Assembly (NCBI GenBank): GCA_964658305.1
Contig: OZ210885.1
Span: 22,816,001-22,880,000 of the forward strand
Reading direction: 5' to 3'
From: Leptogorgia sarmentosa
Lineage: Eukaryota
Length of the DNA: 64,000 nt
Below are positions 11,452 through 24,439 of this stretch, piece after piece. The notes under the pieces were generated by a model, which was not told the origin of the DNA, ran no database searches, and saw only the letters and a program-made list of their open reading frames with translations. Numbering within the stretch: the stretch's first letter is position 1; each line of letters begins with the position of its first letter. The translations under genes were made by a program, and so were the position numbers.

Positions 11452-11666
11452 AGGGATGGACCATTAGATAATTTAGGGGGTGGTTGCAGAAATAAAAAAA
11501 AAATCCTTTAACCTCAGGAAAAAATACATGCAAGAGCAAAAGCCATTAAAAAAAATTCGTGCTGGACTATCGAAAAAAAAGCGTGCACAACATGTACAGC
11601 CAAAAAAAAATTCGTGCAACGAAAAAAGCTGCAACTACCCCCTCAATTATCTAATGGTCCATCCCT
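11452..11666. mobile_element. MITE (~215 bp)
   Basis: TIRs AGGGATGGACCATTAGATAATT.AGGGG..GTTGCAG / CTGCAACTACCCCCTCAATTATCTAATGGTCCATCCCT around an A-rich interior. Confidence 0.85.
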
Positions 11667-11864
11667 ACATAAAAAATATTGCTAATGCAAACTACAAAAT
11701 TCATAACTGATGAGATTTCCAGTATTTATAGAACCGTGCATGCAATGCAAAGCATTCTAATCCGCTAATAACAGCAACAGCAATGCATTCTGGTTGGAGA
11801 AATGGAAGGAAAATCTGCATTTCAGACCCCTTTGCACGCAGTGGCATAGCCAGAACGATAATAA

Positions 11865-12712
11865 TTAGGTTTTGGTCTATTTAGGTTTGCCATTTTTGGC
11901 TTTAGCATTTTTGCGTTAAGCCCTTTAGCTTTATAAGCTTTGACCTTTTAGCTTTGACCTTTGAGCTTCTAGCTTTGGCCTTTTAGCTTTTGGTCTTTTG
12001 GTCTTTTTAGCTATGCCATTTTTGGCTTTGGTATTTTTGCCTTAGGCCTTTTAGCCTTATAAGCCTTGACCTTTCAGCTTTGACCTTTTAGCTTTGACCT
12101 TTTTTAGCTTTATAAGCTTTGACCTTTTAGCTTTGACCTTTTAGCTTTTGGTCTTTTTAGCTTTGCCATTTTTGGCTTTGGCACTTTTGCCTTAGGCCTT
12201 TTTGCTTTATAAGCTTTGACCTTTTAGCTTTGGCCTTTTAGCTCTTGGTCTTTTTAGCTTTGGCATTTTTGGCTTTGGCATTTTTACCTTAGGCGTTTTA
12301 GCTTTATAAAAGGGTCCTTAAGGAGGCTCTTATTCCCATTTCCCAGCCCAATTCTTGACTAAATCTCAGTGTCCAAGAGCACAATCCCATCAGCCCAGTG
12401 GCTGTTCTGCTCAAATCTCAATCCCATCCCCATTTTCTATTGTTTTATTGCTGACAAATCCCAGTCCCAGTGCATGAAATCCCGTTTTCCTAGCCAAAAA
12501 ATAAGCAAATCCCACTTCCCATTTTAACCCTTCCGGACCCTCTTATAAGCATTGGCCTTTAAGCTTTGAGCTTTTAGTTTTGGTCTTTTAGTTTTTGGTC
12601 TTATTATAGCCTTGCCATTTTTGGCTATGACGTTTTTGTCTCAGGCCTTTTAACTTTATAAGCTTTGGCCTTTTAGTTTTGACCATATAGCTTTGACCTT
12701 ACCGTTTTTGCT
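11865..12712. repeat. Degenerate T-rich minisatellite (TTTAGCTTTGACCT-like units with higher-order structure)
   Basis: Many variants of TTTTAGCTTTG(A/G)CCT, GCTTTATAAGC and GCCATTTTTGGC. Confidence 0.9.
12309..12543. mobile_element. MITE inserted in the minisatellite
   Basis: Ends A(A/G)AGGGTCC / GGACCCTCT flanked by TATA duplication; removal restores the array motif GCTTTATAAGC; interior has ATCCCA/TTCCCA repeats. Confidence 0.7.
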
Positions 12713-13114
12713 TTTTCCCTCGATATTAGAACATTTGAGCATTGGTTATTCACCTTTGGTTTTGTCGAGCATAAATTTATATAATTTACAGTAATAGACG
12801 ATTCTACTGATTAGTAGTAATTCGAAGCGCGTTGCATTGATGTTTTAGGGCCTTTTAGTGGTATCACTAATAATCAAGATTACAGGGTTGAATGAAAATA
12901 ATGAACAATTTGGCAAAAATGTTATTATTGGCCATTGTACACCAAACTGTAGCTTTTCTAAGAGCTTTTGCATGGGTCAGCGCATAAATAAGACATTGAT
13001 CGAATATCAGTGATACGAATAAAACCGCTATATAACGCGCTACGAAATACAAATAAGGGGAGTTTTCTATTGGTGTGAGACTCGCTATAAACCAGGACAC
13101 TGAACCATGTAAAG

Positions 13115-16100
13115 TTAGGAGCGTAAACTAAATTGATTTTTACACCCGCAAGCATCGCATGCACATATAGGAGTGCATTGCTGGGCTGTTTTGTAGCACT
13201 TACAAGCCGCCGTGCTGCACTTCGTCTTGCAACCACATGATATCAGATGTACACACGATAATGGTATAGACGGTTGAGTTGCCCACGTAATTCTCAATTT
13301 ATTTTCACTTACCTCCCAACCTGATGTCTGTGATGGTGAACCTATCGTTTGCCAACTTACGTTTGCCTGCTGCCAAACTTTAGCTTGATAATGAGCTCTT
13401 GAAACATGCAAGATCAAAGCATTATTAGTCGGGGGAAGCTTTTCAAGATCCTTATTTCCCTTTTCAAATAAGTCAAGTCTGCATTTATTAACCCCAGCTT
13501 GCGGATTCGGTGCCCCATAAAGACGACAAACAAACTCCTCGACGTTGCTGGTTGACTCATATCTACCAAGGCTATGGAGTAAATTTGGATTTTCTTCATA
13601 CACTTTCCAACATTTCCGTTTCCCAAAACCAGCAAAAGAAGAGGTTGTATCACATCCTGTAAGTGCATGAAAGCCTAAGATGTTATCTATTACGGACGAA
13701 GAGAGACGTTCAGCTATACTATGTACAGGATAACATTTCCTTTTTTTTGCAGTGCCAGCAATCATCCATGTTTCAACTTCTTGATTTCTACCAAGGAAAT
13801 GGACAAGAAGTAGTAAAACATCTGTATCTCTGCAAACCACGAACAGGCGACTAAATGCATTTGCTACCGCATCACAAGCATGTAATATTATCCGCGTATC
13901 AGCCACTTCATGGTTACAAGTTAAATGTTCCAAATCTCCTAAACGTTTCGAGCTAGCCTTTGTTGTGTCTTTGGAACCACCACTTGTAACCAAATCACAG
14001 TTGTTGGGTAGATCACCAGCATGCTGAATGAGATACTCGCTTAAACAATTTGCCAGGTCAGCTTTATTTTCTGGTAGTGCAATAAAGTTTGCCCACACTT
14101 GTGGAAGAGGTAAGTCTTCACGATCAATTATCCGTCGTATGGGTCTTCTTTTTGTGTTCCTTTTTGCCCTTGCTGCTGCTTTCACCGAGTATTCAATATA
14201 CGTATCGAAAAGTACATCAATTCGTTGCACGCTTCCATCTATGTATTGACAAATAACTTTCAAAAACGCTTGCGCGTAATCTCTGAATGTTTTACAATTT
14301 GGTGGTTTTCCCATAGCTTGAATAACAGCGTGACCATCAATAAGTACGCAAGTCTTGTGAGCAGCTGGAATTGGGATACAATGCAGAATTTCCGTATCAA
14401 CTGTCAATATATCAACCATATCAGACTTCGAAGTTGAATTCATGTCACCATTTAGCTTTGCTAAAGACAGCGGTAAACTGGATAACTCGTGTTGCAGAAC
14501 TTTATCCATACTGATTTTACGACCAGCCATTGAAGCTGTTAGCAGATGTTGGAGAAGTTTTCTGTCAGCCTTTATCACTTTTTGTTCACTTTGTTTAACT
14601 GGAAGTGTGGTTTGGTACAGTGTCTTAAATGTCTTACTGTTGTTCTTCTTCAATGTATCGAAAAATCCAACATTCTTTTCAATCAACCAGCCATTTACGT
14701 TTTGAAAAAGAAGTCGTTTTCCTTCATCGTGTGGCTTTAGCATATCATTTTCAATCTCACTTGTTGCGACGTCATTTGTGGCTAGCGTGGTTAGCCTTAG
14801 TCTTGATTCATCTTGTTGCTCATCGGGATCTATAGGAACTGCAGGTGAACCGTTTTCTGTTACAGGAATCTTGAAAACATCAAATCTCAAAAATTGCTTC
14901 TTCAAATCATCTACCGTTTCTTTATCAAACTTCTTTCTGGAAGGCTGTGCATCTTTTCAGGTTGAAATGTTTTCATCATAGGCTTCTTCCAAACCAAACA
15001 TCACTCTTGTGGAATGGGAAACAACAGAACGTTCTGCCCAGGTAATACAAAACTTGTCTCTTGCGGTATCATTCCTTGTAATACCAATAATGCCATTTGA
15101 AACATTGCATATTTTATTCTGCCATTCTGTCGCTTGATCTATTGGAACTTGATTGAATCTTGCATTCTTGCGCTTCACGACAAAATTACCATGCATGAAT
15201 TCTTTATGAATTTCTGGGTGCGAGGTTTTCAAATTCATCATTTCAGCAAGATAAATAGTCCCCCACCTTGCATAATTCGTGTGGTCATAAATGGTCATCC
15301 ATGGTAGCATTGAGGCAAACGAATGTAAGTGAAGAAGCCAATCACCATCTCGATTTGCTCTAATAAAATCAAGCAGCGTTTCTACCATCTTCATGTACTT
15401 TCTCCAAAGAGCAAAGTTGGGGTTATCTTCAAACATCTTGTCAAACTCGTCCATCCTGCTTAAGATATTCTTGTCTTCAAGTGCTTCCATAACCTCGGTT
15501 ACATTCATTTTTACTTCATGATCCATTCCTAGTTTATCCGAATCAAACGCTTCAACAATACCTATTACTTTAGTAGTTAAATTTGCATCCTGACCAGTGT
15601 TCTTGAGCCATGAAGAGAATAGACGCCAGTAGATTTGCCACAGTGCTTCATAGGTTAGTGTATGTGCTCGTACAGCTCTGTAGTAGGCTTTGCCTTCCAT
15701 CATAGCAGTAGTACTACCCTCTGCAAATGAACCTGACTCCACCCAAATATCTGTCAGGCCAGTACTGTCCATGTGTTGTCCCATCGCTTTCAGATAGTTA
15801 AAAAGAATGTGAAGGTGTCCCATAACTACGACAACATCCTTGTATTTATGTTGATCTGCCCAGACAAGTTCTTTTGTTTTGCTGTAAAGGGGCTGGTCCA
15901 TGGCTATTACTGTATACGGTTGACAGAGTTTGCTGGTTATTTCAATAAAGCGATTCAAAACTGTTGTAACCGTATGGTTGTCATCGGCTGGAGCTTGAAG
16001 AATAGGAAGCATTCCAGGTGTGGTAACTGGAGGGTCAACAATGCTTGTTGCTGTATTAAAAGCAGCCCATCCTGGTATAGATTGATGTGAATCGTACATT

Positions 16101-17369
16101 CAGGCCAATAACCACGTGACGTCCTTTAGTTTTGCCTGCATATGTTCTTCAGTTTCATAAAACCAGGTGTCTTGATTCATGTCTAGATCATCATAAAAAA
16201 CAGGGCTTGGTCTCTCCTTGAAATGGGGTGCGTGGTCCAGTTTGTGAAAACTCGCCATTTTAGCAGAATCGGTTGTTCTTGCTCTTCCTATTTTTGGGTA
16301 ATCTTGATCTGATCTTTGATTACTCGGTCCACGTTGCCACAGCATCATCTGAGGAGATTGGAAGGTATTTTTTTCCGTCGATCGTTTCCTCCAGCACATC
16401 GATGTTGTCACACGAGGCAAGAATAATATGACCAGGTGAATACAGTACGAGTTCACACGGAACATAAACGTTGCCATTCTTCTCGTGTTTATCTAGGATA
16501 TCTGTCGCCATTGTAGTGTCCAGTCGTCTTATTGTATCCATTCCAATTATATGGCCAGCTGCATGAAATAGGTCTACAAGTTTTTCGGACCTTGTCGCTT
16601 GATGCAGAGTAAGACCTAAACCTATATGTTTTGGAGTTAGTTTTTGCTTTCCTGATGTCAAATATACTATATCTTGTGCAACATTACACGTATAACTATG
16701 TAGCTTACCAGAACAATCTGCCTCTGTTTCCAAAGCATTAGTACCCCCAAGTAATATAGATAAAAATAAATACAAACTATCTGGTATGATTTTTCTAACA
16801 TGGTCATCGTCTATTCCTCCCCAGCTAGAATCATGGCCTTTAGTTTTCTCCATTTCATTTCTGATGTGCAGTGCGCTATAAACCAGTTGCTGCAAAATGC
16901 TATCTTTCAACGGAGGAACGTTGTCTTCCTCTTCCTCGGTAGCTATAAGCTGATGGGCCAATGAAAGTTGGGATGTTTGGCTTGAATAAACCAATAAGTG
17001 AGCTTTTTGATCTATTGGTCGGACAAAACCAGCTTGGTCTCCCAGAATTCGTTTCACATCATCATAGAATGAGCTTCTTCGTGTTTCGTACCGTCGTGGA
17101 ATTGGAACACCCTCGTTTGAGCAGGACTTCTCGTAATGCGACCATACGCTTCCCATTTCATACACATGCCCCACTAGTAAACCTTTCAGTACATCTGCAC
17201 ATATTTTCTCTAAGCATGGATCTTTTGTTTCGCTTTCAGGTTTGCTTTTATCCACCTTGTTCATTCTTCTCTGAAAGTACACCCAGCATTTCAGATGATA
17301 CTTACCTTCAGATGCCACAAGATCACTAACGTTTGACATCCGAACTCGGATGGCTATGCTTTTATTCAT
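13115..17369 (-). pseudogene. Academ (XPG-type, AcademX) transposase-XPG nuclease-Cys-rich polyprotein, frameshifted and 5'-truncated
   Basis: KYHLKC, TPKHIGLG, CDNID..EET, AMDQPLY, MGHLH, RDGDW.LHL, DHTNYARW, IDQATE; XPG/FEN-like IDG, LFDTY, HEVADTRIILH, DTDV, HALTGCDTTS; LPPT..YQAKVW; terminal CGC..C..CKC..CT..CAC cluster. Confidence 0.8.
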
Positions 17370-17375
17370 TCCGTT

Positions 17376-18224
17376 TTGGAGAATTTCACAGAGATGAAAC
17401 CCGGTGAAGACATAGCCATTAAAGACTATGGTGTAAGGCTGTACATCATGCTAAGAGGAAGCAAGGAACCAGTCACTGGATTTCTATCAAGTTTTTCTGT
17501 TCTTTTGCCACATAGTATGATGGTTGAAAAATGTGTTTCAACCTACAACATGCTTTTTTCAGACCTCAGAACATCATCTTCAGAGGACACTCTTATAAAC
17601 AGATTACTGATCCACTGGAACGGGGTCCCTACGGCCTGCTACGATCCTCGACCAGCTGTTCAGAATTTCATGTTGCGAAAGGATAGGCGAATGAAATTAC
17701 CCGTCGTCAGTGTATATAAAGGTCGAGACTTCGTAAAGAAATTCTTCAATTAATTAATCATTCATCAGAACTCAGAGAAACTTTCAGTATATTACGACAG
17801 AAGTGTTGACCACTTAATGAAACTTAAACACAAATATTTTACAGATTTTTCACGTTAAATGATACAATTTAAGTTATTTAAAAGTTTTGGTTGTGCAAGA
17901 TGATCACCCTTGTTAAGCGTTGAATTGTGATGATGCGGATACATGTCAAATGTTTTGATATTATTTTTTGTAAATAGATTTTGTATCTATACTATAATTA
18001 GAGCAAATTTTTATACCATACTATAATTAGAGCAAATTTGGATCCTCAGAATGCCAGAAATGACATTTCTGGGCTTCAAGTTTCAAAACCTTCCAAGGGA
18101 GAAGCACCCACACCCCGTGTTGTTGATGCGTCGACGTGCGTGTCTAACCTAATATATCTCCTATGAAAGGTCCCTTTTCAATACATGCCCCCCCCACACT
18201 GGGAAATTCTTAAAAAAGGCCCTG
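17376..18224 (+). mobile_element. 3' fragment of a hAT-like transposon (dimerisation-domain remnant 17376-17753, terminus ..AAAAAAGGCCCTG)
   Basis: PHSMMVEKCVSTYN..LRTS resembles the hAT SxxxERxFS motif; CAGGGCC-type terminus in reverse at 18224 with a C-rich subterminal tract. Confidence 0.55.
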
Positions 18225-18635
18225 GCGCATGCATGCGCAACTGATGGTAGCTAGAAATATTAACGATTATATGATTTCCCCATTGGTATTTCCTCATAAA
18301 AATTTGAGATACACAGAACAATTGTCTTGTTCTGTTAAAGTAAATTGAAGGGAACTACAGACATTTGAAATTGTCTTTCCTCTCGTATCAATATTAACAC
18401 CCGACAGTCAGGTCGTTTGACTATGACTGCCATGGATCTCTGGTTTTATGCGCCGAATAAGAGAACAAATAACACCATTCGATTTAGCGTAAAAATCTCT
18501 ATCAAATTCCAGTATCTCTGTGTATACAATGCAATACAGGTGACTTAAACATGGTTAGAAACCATAAAAAAATTAAAATCTGAAACTTCTGTAAGATTAT
18601 TTTGTGAACTTCAATTTTCATAAAGTCTCGTACAG

Positions 18636-19510
18636 TCCCCCGGTTGATCATAAAATATGATCAAATAACAAACATGAACATGGATATGAATACTGTAATT
18701 GTTTAATTGTTTTTACGTTTGTTTTGACAGTTTTCGTAAAAGTTCGCCTTGAGCGGCTGTTTTTCTTCTAGGTCGAACTGGCTTTGTAACATTTGTGCTG
18801 TCATCCTTCTGTAGCGGTTCTGTAGTTTGTGTTGAACCCTCGACTGATTCTTCCGCTCCGTTTCCATGAATTTCCAAAGGGATAAGGTGTTGTACCGGCC
18901 TTCGTATGATGATAGGTTTTCGTGAATCACTATTCAATACTTTGATTTTGGCTGACCTTACAGCTCCGTCAGAACTACGAATGAGTTCTTCAACTTTGCC
19001 CAATTTCCAAAATAAAAAGTGTTTTCGTTTTTTCAGGATCACAATATCTCCTCTATTGATATGTCATTGTCGTTCGGATTATTTAACCTCGCCGACTCTC
19101 GAACGCTCGGTAAGTACTCTTTCTTCCATTGATTCAAAAATTCTGTTAGTAGCTTCTTGTGGTGTTTGGCTCGTCTTGTCAACGATTCGTTGGTACTTAC
19201 AATTTCGAACTGGTTTTCATTCGCTGTCGTTGATGTTCTCTGTTCGTAAAGTAAACAAGAGGGCATCAGAGGGTAAGATACACCCTCCCCATCATCGTAG
19301 ATGTAGGTAATTGGACGATTATTGATTGTTGATTCGATTTCAACCAGTATTGTGCGTAATTCTTCAAATGACAAGGTGGCTCGGCCAATTGATTTTTTGA
19401 GACAATTTTTTTGTTTCTTAGCATCAATCGCAGCAGATGAATTTTCTATTCGCCCTTCACAACGTATGATTTTCTTGTCGTCAAGAAATAAGCGAAGTTG
19501 ATTTACTCTT
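18636..19510 (-). mobile_element. BEL/Pao LTR retrotransposon fragment (end of integrase, C-terminal domain, PPT)
   Basis: IIRCEGRIENS, LSFEELRTILVEIESTINNRPIT, WKKEYL, WKLGKVEELIRSSDGAVRSA, RRPVQHLIPLE; CCGGGGGAC before TG at ~18634; integrase core largely missing. Confidence 0.8.
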
Positions 19511-20301
19511 GAGCCAGAAGATTTCGTGCCATTTATCAGTTGCCATGGCCAGAAATGGAGTCCAACATGGCTGCCAAGCATGCGCATTTTGCCTCAAGAT
19601 AAAAATTCAAAATGGTGTCTTCTTGTATAATTTGAATGGGAATAATGTAAAATTAGTATTTTTGATAACTTACGGTTGAGAAATCCAAAATGTGCATGTC
19701 TAAATCTTCACCGATTTTGTCAAACTTTCATCTGTAAAAAATTGGGTACGACTCGAGTTGTCTAAGTATGTTCCCGAGCAATCAATATATTTGTCTATAG
19801 TCTCTGTATAGGAAAGTATGTGATTTCGACATATTAGGTATTTGGCAGGTCCAATTTCAACTTGTTCTTCGCAGATATCGTCAAATGTGCACGTCTGAAT
19901 TGCTTCGTACACTATTCCTCTTTATTATTATCACTTGTATGAAGCGTAAAAGTATACACTAGTATGTTCCCCAAAGCGATGAATTGCATGTACTTTGTAG
20001 AGAGGCGTTTGTCCAGTTGTGATGAGAAATACGCCATATTTTGAACAAAAATATCACAAATTTCGCACCAAAAGTAATATTTCTTGTCCGCCATTGCTTT
20101 TATAAAGCTGTTGCTAAGTTACAATGGTTTTAACCGCTGTCATTATAGGCTGCAGTCTCGTAAACATCCTAAAATTAGCGGGATTTCGCGGTAAATTTGA
20201 TTTTCAACTTGAAAACAAATATAACTATTGGTAAACTTTTGAAATTTGAGCATTGATCAAGACTCGGTTGGCGTAAAGTCTGTTATATTTTATAATTTTG
20301 C

Positions 20302-21225
20302 TTGTTTTCTATATATTTGGCTGTATTTGCAATGTCGGATGTTCCGCCTTTGTGCTCTATGCATACTTATTTGCAATGGAAATTAAGTGTTGAAAGCCAT
20401 TCATTAGCATATGCTGCTAAAGCCACAACCAAAGATATATTGTTCGCTGTGGATATTCCTTTCCCACTACTGAGAGCCTGGTACAACCTAGTGGTGTTGA
20501 AAAAGCCCTTCCAGACATCCTGCACCTGTGATCCTAAGAAAATAGGCATCAACTTGCCTTCAAATTTTCCACAGTTTACATATATTGAGTTGTTTGAATT
20601 TGCAATTCCTGGAAATTCGTTTGGTCTTAAACATGATCAAGTTGTGCGGTCGGAAATAAATAACTCTCTTCGGGTTATGGCAGCAAAAGTGTATGCAGAG
20701 TATGGCAAAAGTAGGGGAAGGAAAAGACAACAACTAGATTTAAAGGCCAAAAGGTTCCATATATTTGATGGACAAACTATTTCAATTAAGCAACTCGAGG
20801 AAGAAAACACACATATTCATAGCGAGATGCAAAAGTGGAAGGAAAGAAACAGCAACATGGAGTCGGAAATGAGGAAACTATATTATGAAATGGGGATGGC
20901 ATTGGAAGAAAAGGATGAAAAAATTGAAAAGCTAGAAACAAAAAATGAAGAATTGAAACAATATATTGAATTTCTAGAAAAATCTGAAAAGATGGAACAC
21001 CAAGGAAAAGATATCTCTGTAACAAAGAAAAAGTCAAGGACGCTCAAAACATTTTTGTCACGAGCTGAAACTGCTTTATGGTTCGCAAGGTCTTTTGGAC
21101 TGGAATTGAAAAGTGTAAATGTTAAAGAGATCAGCTCTGGTATTGTTCATAATTTAATGATGGAAAACAATGTTACTGGTAGTACAGAGAATACTGGATT
21201 TGATGCCCTCTCAGAGGATATGTGA
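20302..21225 (+). CDS. Uncharacterised coiled-coil protein, 3'-truncated; probably the N-terminal part of a DNA-transposon gene
   Basis: 307-aa open frame with coiled coil and ..RAETALWFARSFGLEL..; no catalytic motif before an abrupt end. Confidence 0.4.
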   Translation: MFSIYLAVFAMSDVPPLCSMHTYLQWKLSVESHSLAYAAKATTKDILFAVDIPFPLLRAWYNLVVLKKPFQTSCTCDPKKIGINLPSNFPQFTYIELFEFAIPGNSFGLKHDQVVRSEINNSLRVMAAKVYAEYGKSRGRKRQQLDLKAKRFHIFDGQTISIKQLEEENTHIHSEMQKWKERNSNMESEMRKLYYEMGMALEEKDEKIEKLETKNEELKQYIEFLEKSEKMEHQGKDISVTKKKSRTLKTFLSRAETALWFARSFGLELKSVNVKEISSGIVHNLMMENNVTGSTENTGFDALSEDM

Positions 21226-21712
21226 ATTAAAACGTATCAAAATCGTATTATGTATCGCTCCGTTGCAGTAGAAAGTAATAAGAACTAGGAATCCAAGGAT
21301 AGTGCAAAGTTTCTACGAAGATATCGAGCTAAAGCTGATGTCACTTGGCGGCCTGTTGTTATCCGAATTGCCATTAAAATCATTGCATGCATGTAACACA
21401 GCTCAAAGAAAAGCTTGATGTAATATAATAGAATAATTTAAAAGATTTTTACGATGGCCCAGAAGGCTCACAGTCCAGTTACATTTTCTTGCAGTTCTGT
21501 AAAATTTGAACGCAGTCCAGTAAAATTTTTTCAATGCAGTCCAGTAAAAATTTTTCAACGCACCCCAGTAAAATTGTTTCTGTGCCTATATAGTTCCTTT
21601 TGATAAACTATTTCCGCCATTATCAAACCTAATCTTTTCGGAAAGACAAGGACAACATACTAAGAACGCACTACTACTTGTTAGTTTTTTTATCTCTCAT
21701 TATATCAACATC

Positions 21713-22904
21713 ATGCCGTTAACAAATTATACACCTTGCATGAACTTGGAAAATCATTATGAGGAAGAGGAACTTATAAAATCATATTTTAACCAAGGTT
21801 TCACAAATGCAGAAATCTTGGAGTATTTAAGAGTGCATGGCGTCGATATTAGTTTATCGACGCTAAAGCGTAGATTGGCATCCATGCACCTTTGTAGACG
21901 ACTACAACATGGTGTGGAAAATCGTGGGGCGATAAGAGACGCTATTGAAACAGAACTGGCAGGTAGTGGCTGTTTTGTTGGTTATCGAAAGATGTGGTGG
22001 AGACTTAGGCAAAAAGGGCTTATAGTGAAGCAGGAAACAGTAAGAAAATTATTACTAGAGCTCGATCCTAATGGTGTGGAAACTTGGAAAGAGAAAAGGC
22101 TAGGAAGAAGAGTGTACGCAGGTAATGGCCCAAATTTTATATGGCACATAGACGGTCATGACAAACTGAAGCCATATGGTTTCAGCATTCACGGCTGCAT
22201 TGATGGTTACTCTAGGCGGCTAATTTGGTTGGAAATAGGGCCAACAAACAAGAAACCGGAGGTAGTTGGCAAATATTATCTGGACTCAATCAGACAAGTT
22301 GGTGGGATTGCCAGGAGGATAAGATCAGATGATGGAACAGAAAACTGTGTGATCGAAGCTATACACACATTTCTTCGCTCAAGTAACAATGATGAACATG
22401 CTGGGATTGCCAGCTTTCTTATTGGGTCATCAACATCTAATCAGCATATCGAAGCATACTGGTCACATCTAGTGAAAGGTCCTGGTTAGTGGCAAAATTT
22501 CTTTAAAGACCTGCGAGATCTGGGATTATTTAACGATGCTGATCCAGTACAAGTAGAATGTATACGATTTTGTTTCATGATTGTTCTACGAGAAGAACTC
22601 AATCAAGTTGCTCAGTCCTGGAACCAACATATAATTTCATTGAGCAAATTTGATAACAATGGTCCAAGAGGAAGACCTGACAATATGTATTTCTTACCAC
22701 ATCTTTATGATACAGAAGATTATAAAGTGGAGGTAGACAGGCAAGATATCGATGAGTTTGATAATCATGCAAGATACGAGTGAAGAATTTAGAGATTTTG
22801 CTGATGTGGTGATGAATGCACACGGGCATACAATGCCAGTTAATGCAAGAGAAGATCAAAACTTGTACATTCTACTACTAGAAAAGATTGAACGGTTAAG
22901 CTAA
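21713..22904 (+). pseudogene. IS3EU-like DDE (integrase-core) transposase with N-terminal HTH
   Basis: ISLSTLKRRL, GYRKM, LDPNGV, GPNFIWHIDGHDKLKPYGFSIHGCIDGYSR, RSDDGTEN, SNQHIEAYW; in-frame TAG at 22487-22489 and a frameshift near 22780. Confidence 0.85.
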
Positions 22905-23021
22905 TGTAACTGAATATGTTTGTTATGACTCAAGATTCGGCTAATATTCTTTGTAATCGTAGATCGATAAATCGAGTTTATATTATTCATTCTGAGTGAT
23001 TGTTTGCCTTACACGCACAGA

Positions 23022-23422
23022 TTATTACTCGCTGGGGCACCCTGTGCCCAAGCGATTACAGTTTTCGGCTCCGTTCTGAAAAATGTAGCCACAAAACTGA
23101 ATATTAATGAGGTGCTTAACCAATGGCCGCGCGGGAACCTCGGGCGCTTGACCTAATGACCTGTTCAAAATGACGGATCTTTCATGGAGTGGGCAAAGTG
23201 TTTTGAACAATTTGGTGAAAATTTTGAACAAATTGTACTTGTTTTTTATGGATTTTGAATTGTGTCTAACTCTGCACATTCGTGGTAGCGTGGTTAATGG
23301 GTTTTTCACCGGTGCACGTCGATCCTAACACTAAATCCGAATTTCTATGATATACAGTATAATGTATATATGTCCCTATTTGTGTATGCCCAGTGAGTTA
23401 ACGCTCCCTGGAGCGTCTTGTT
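23022..23422 (+). mobile_element. Non-autonomous Helentron-associated element (HINE/DINE-1-like structure)
   Basis: 5' TTATTACTCGCTGGG overlapping hairpin CGCT.GGGCAC-CT-GTGCCC.AGCG; 3' inverted copy CCCAGTGAGTTA followed by stem-loop ACGCTCC-CT-GGAGCGT and CTTGTT. Confidence 0.6.
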
Positions 23423-24439
23423 GTCTTTGTTATGAACGTGCATGGGATTGTATATTTGAACCAATGGATGAGTTGAGTTTCGATAACTGAAGACTTGTCC
23501 TGGGTGTCTCGGTGTAGGGAAGATGGTGGTATAGATAGAGATGGTGGTATAGATAGAGATGGTGGTAGTTTATACAATTTACCAAGCCGATTCAGTATGT
23601 ACTAGATACATACCAAGAAATTTCATGTTGTAATGATGACAATAACCGCGACAAATAAGAACCGGTACCAAAACAGTTTTTGAAACCTAACTTTGTCTTT
23701 GCGGGTTAGAAACTTTGAAGAAAGGCAATACAAAAGAATTAAATTATAGATGCAACAAAAATGTCAACAAGCCAGTTGATTTAATTAAAGTCGATACAAG
23801 AAACTACAGTATAAAAGAGTACTGTGTTATAACTAAAAGACATTTAATTAAAAACAACTGAAGTCTGTTATAAGTTTTGCTAAAACAACTTGAACAATAC
23901 TACATCATTTCCATTTTATGTTTTTTTCAAACCTGCAGGTCTACAGACTACAACATCGTTTGAGCAGAGAATGTGAACATCCCTGTCCATAACTATATCA
24001 ATAAACAGGTGATCACAAAATTTCAAATATTAAAAACAAAACTCGAATGATCAATGTAGTGTATACGTTATTTTCACATCTGGTCAATGTTTGTATATTG
24101 CCATTGGATGAAGATTTTTTTAGATTTACGTAGACTTCAGATGGATAAGATTGATTGTTTTCAAGCACGTTGAAACATGAGCAAACGAGCAGAAGATTGG
24201 CTGCTCATGTTTTAAGTAATCAACATGATTTGAATTTTAAAAGCAACCAGAAAACGACCGACTTAAATTACTTCTTAACAAAAAACAACCTTTTTGAAAA
24301 TGTTCACCACCAATGTCATTGCACATGGTAAATTGAACACCTAACAATGTAAATATCACAAAAAGCAACTTCTTTAAAAAATGTTCACCACCAATGTCAC
24401 TGCAAATGGTAAATTCAACACCTTCTAACAATGCAAGCG

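Noticed and set aside
11232..11710. Two short plus-strand ORFs, one Lys-rich
   Set aside because: The Lys-rich frame is the A-rich MITE interior; neither has recognisable motifs
21713..22489. Bacterial IS3/IS481 insertion sequence or contamination
   Set aside because: Embedded among intron-containing eukaryotic elements and linked to a HECT gene; fits eukaryotic IS3EU-like elements
23520..23570. AGATGGTGGTATAGATAG repeats
   Set aside because: Short local tandem duplication with no further structure
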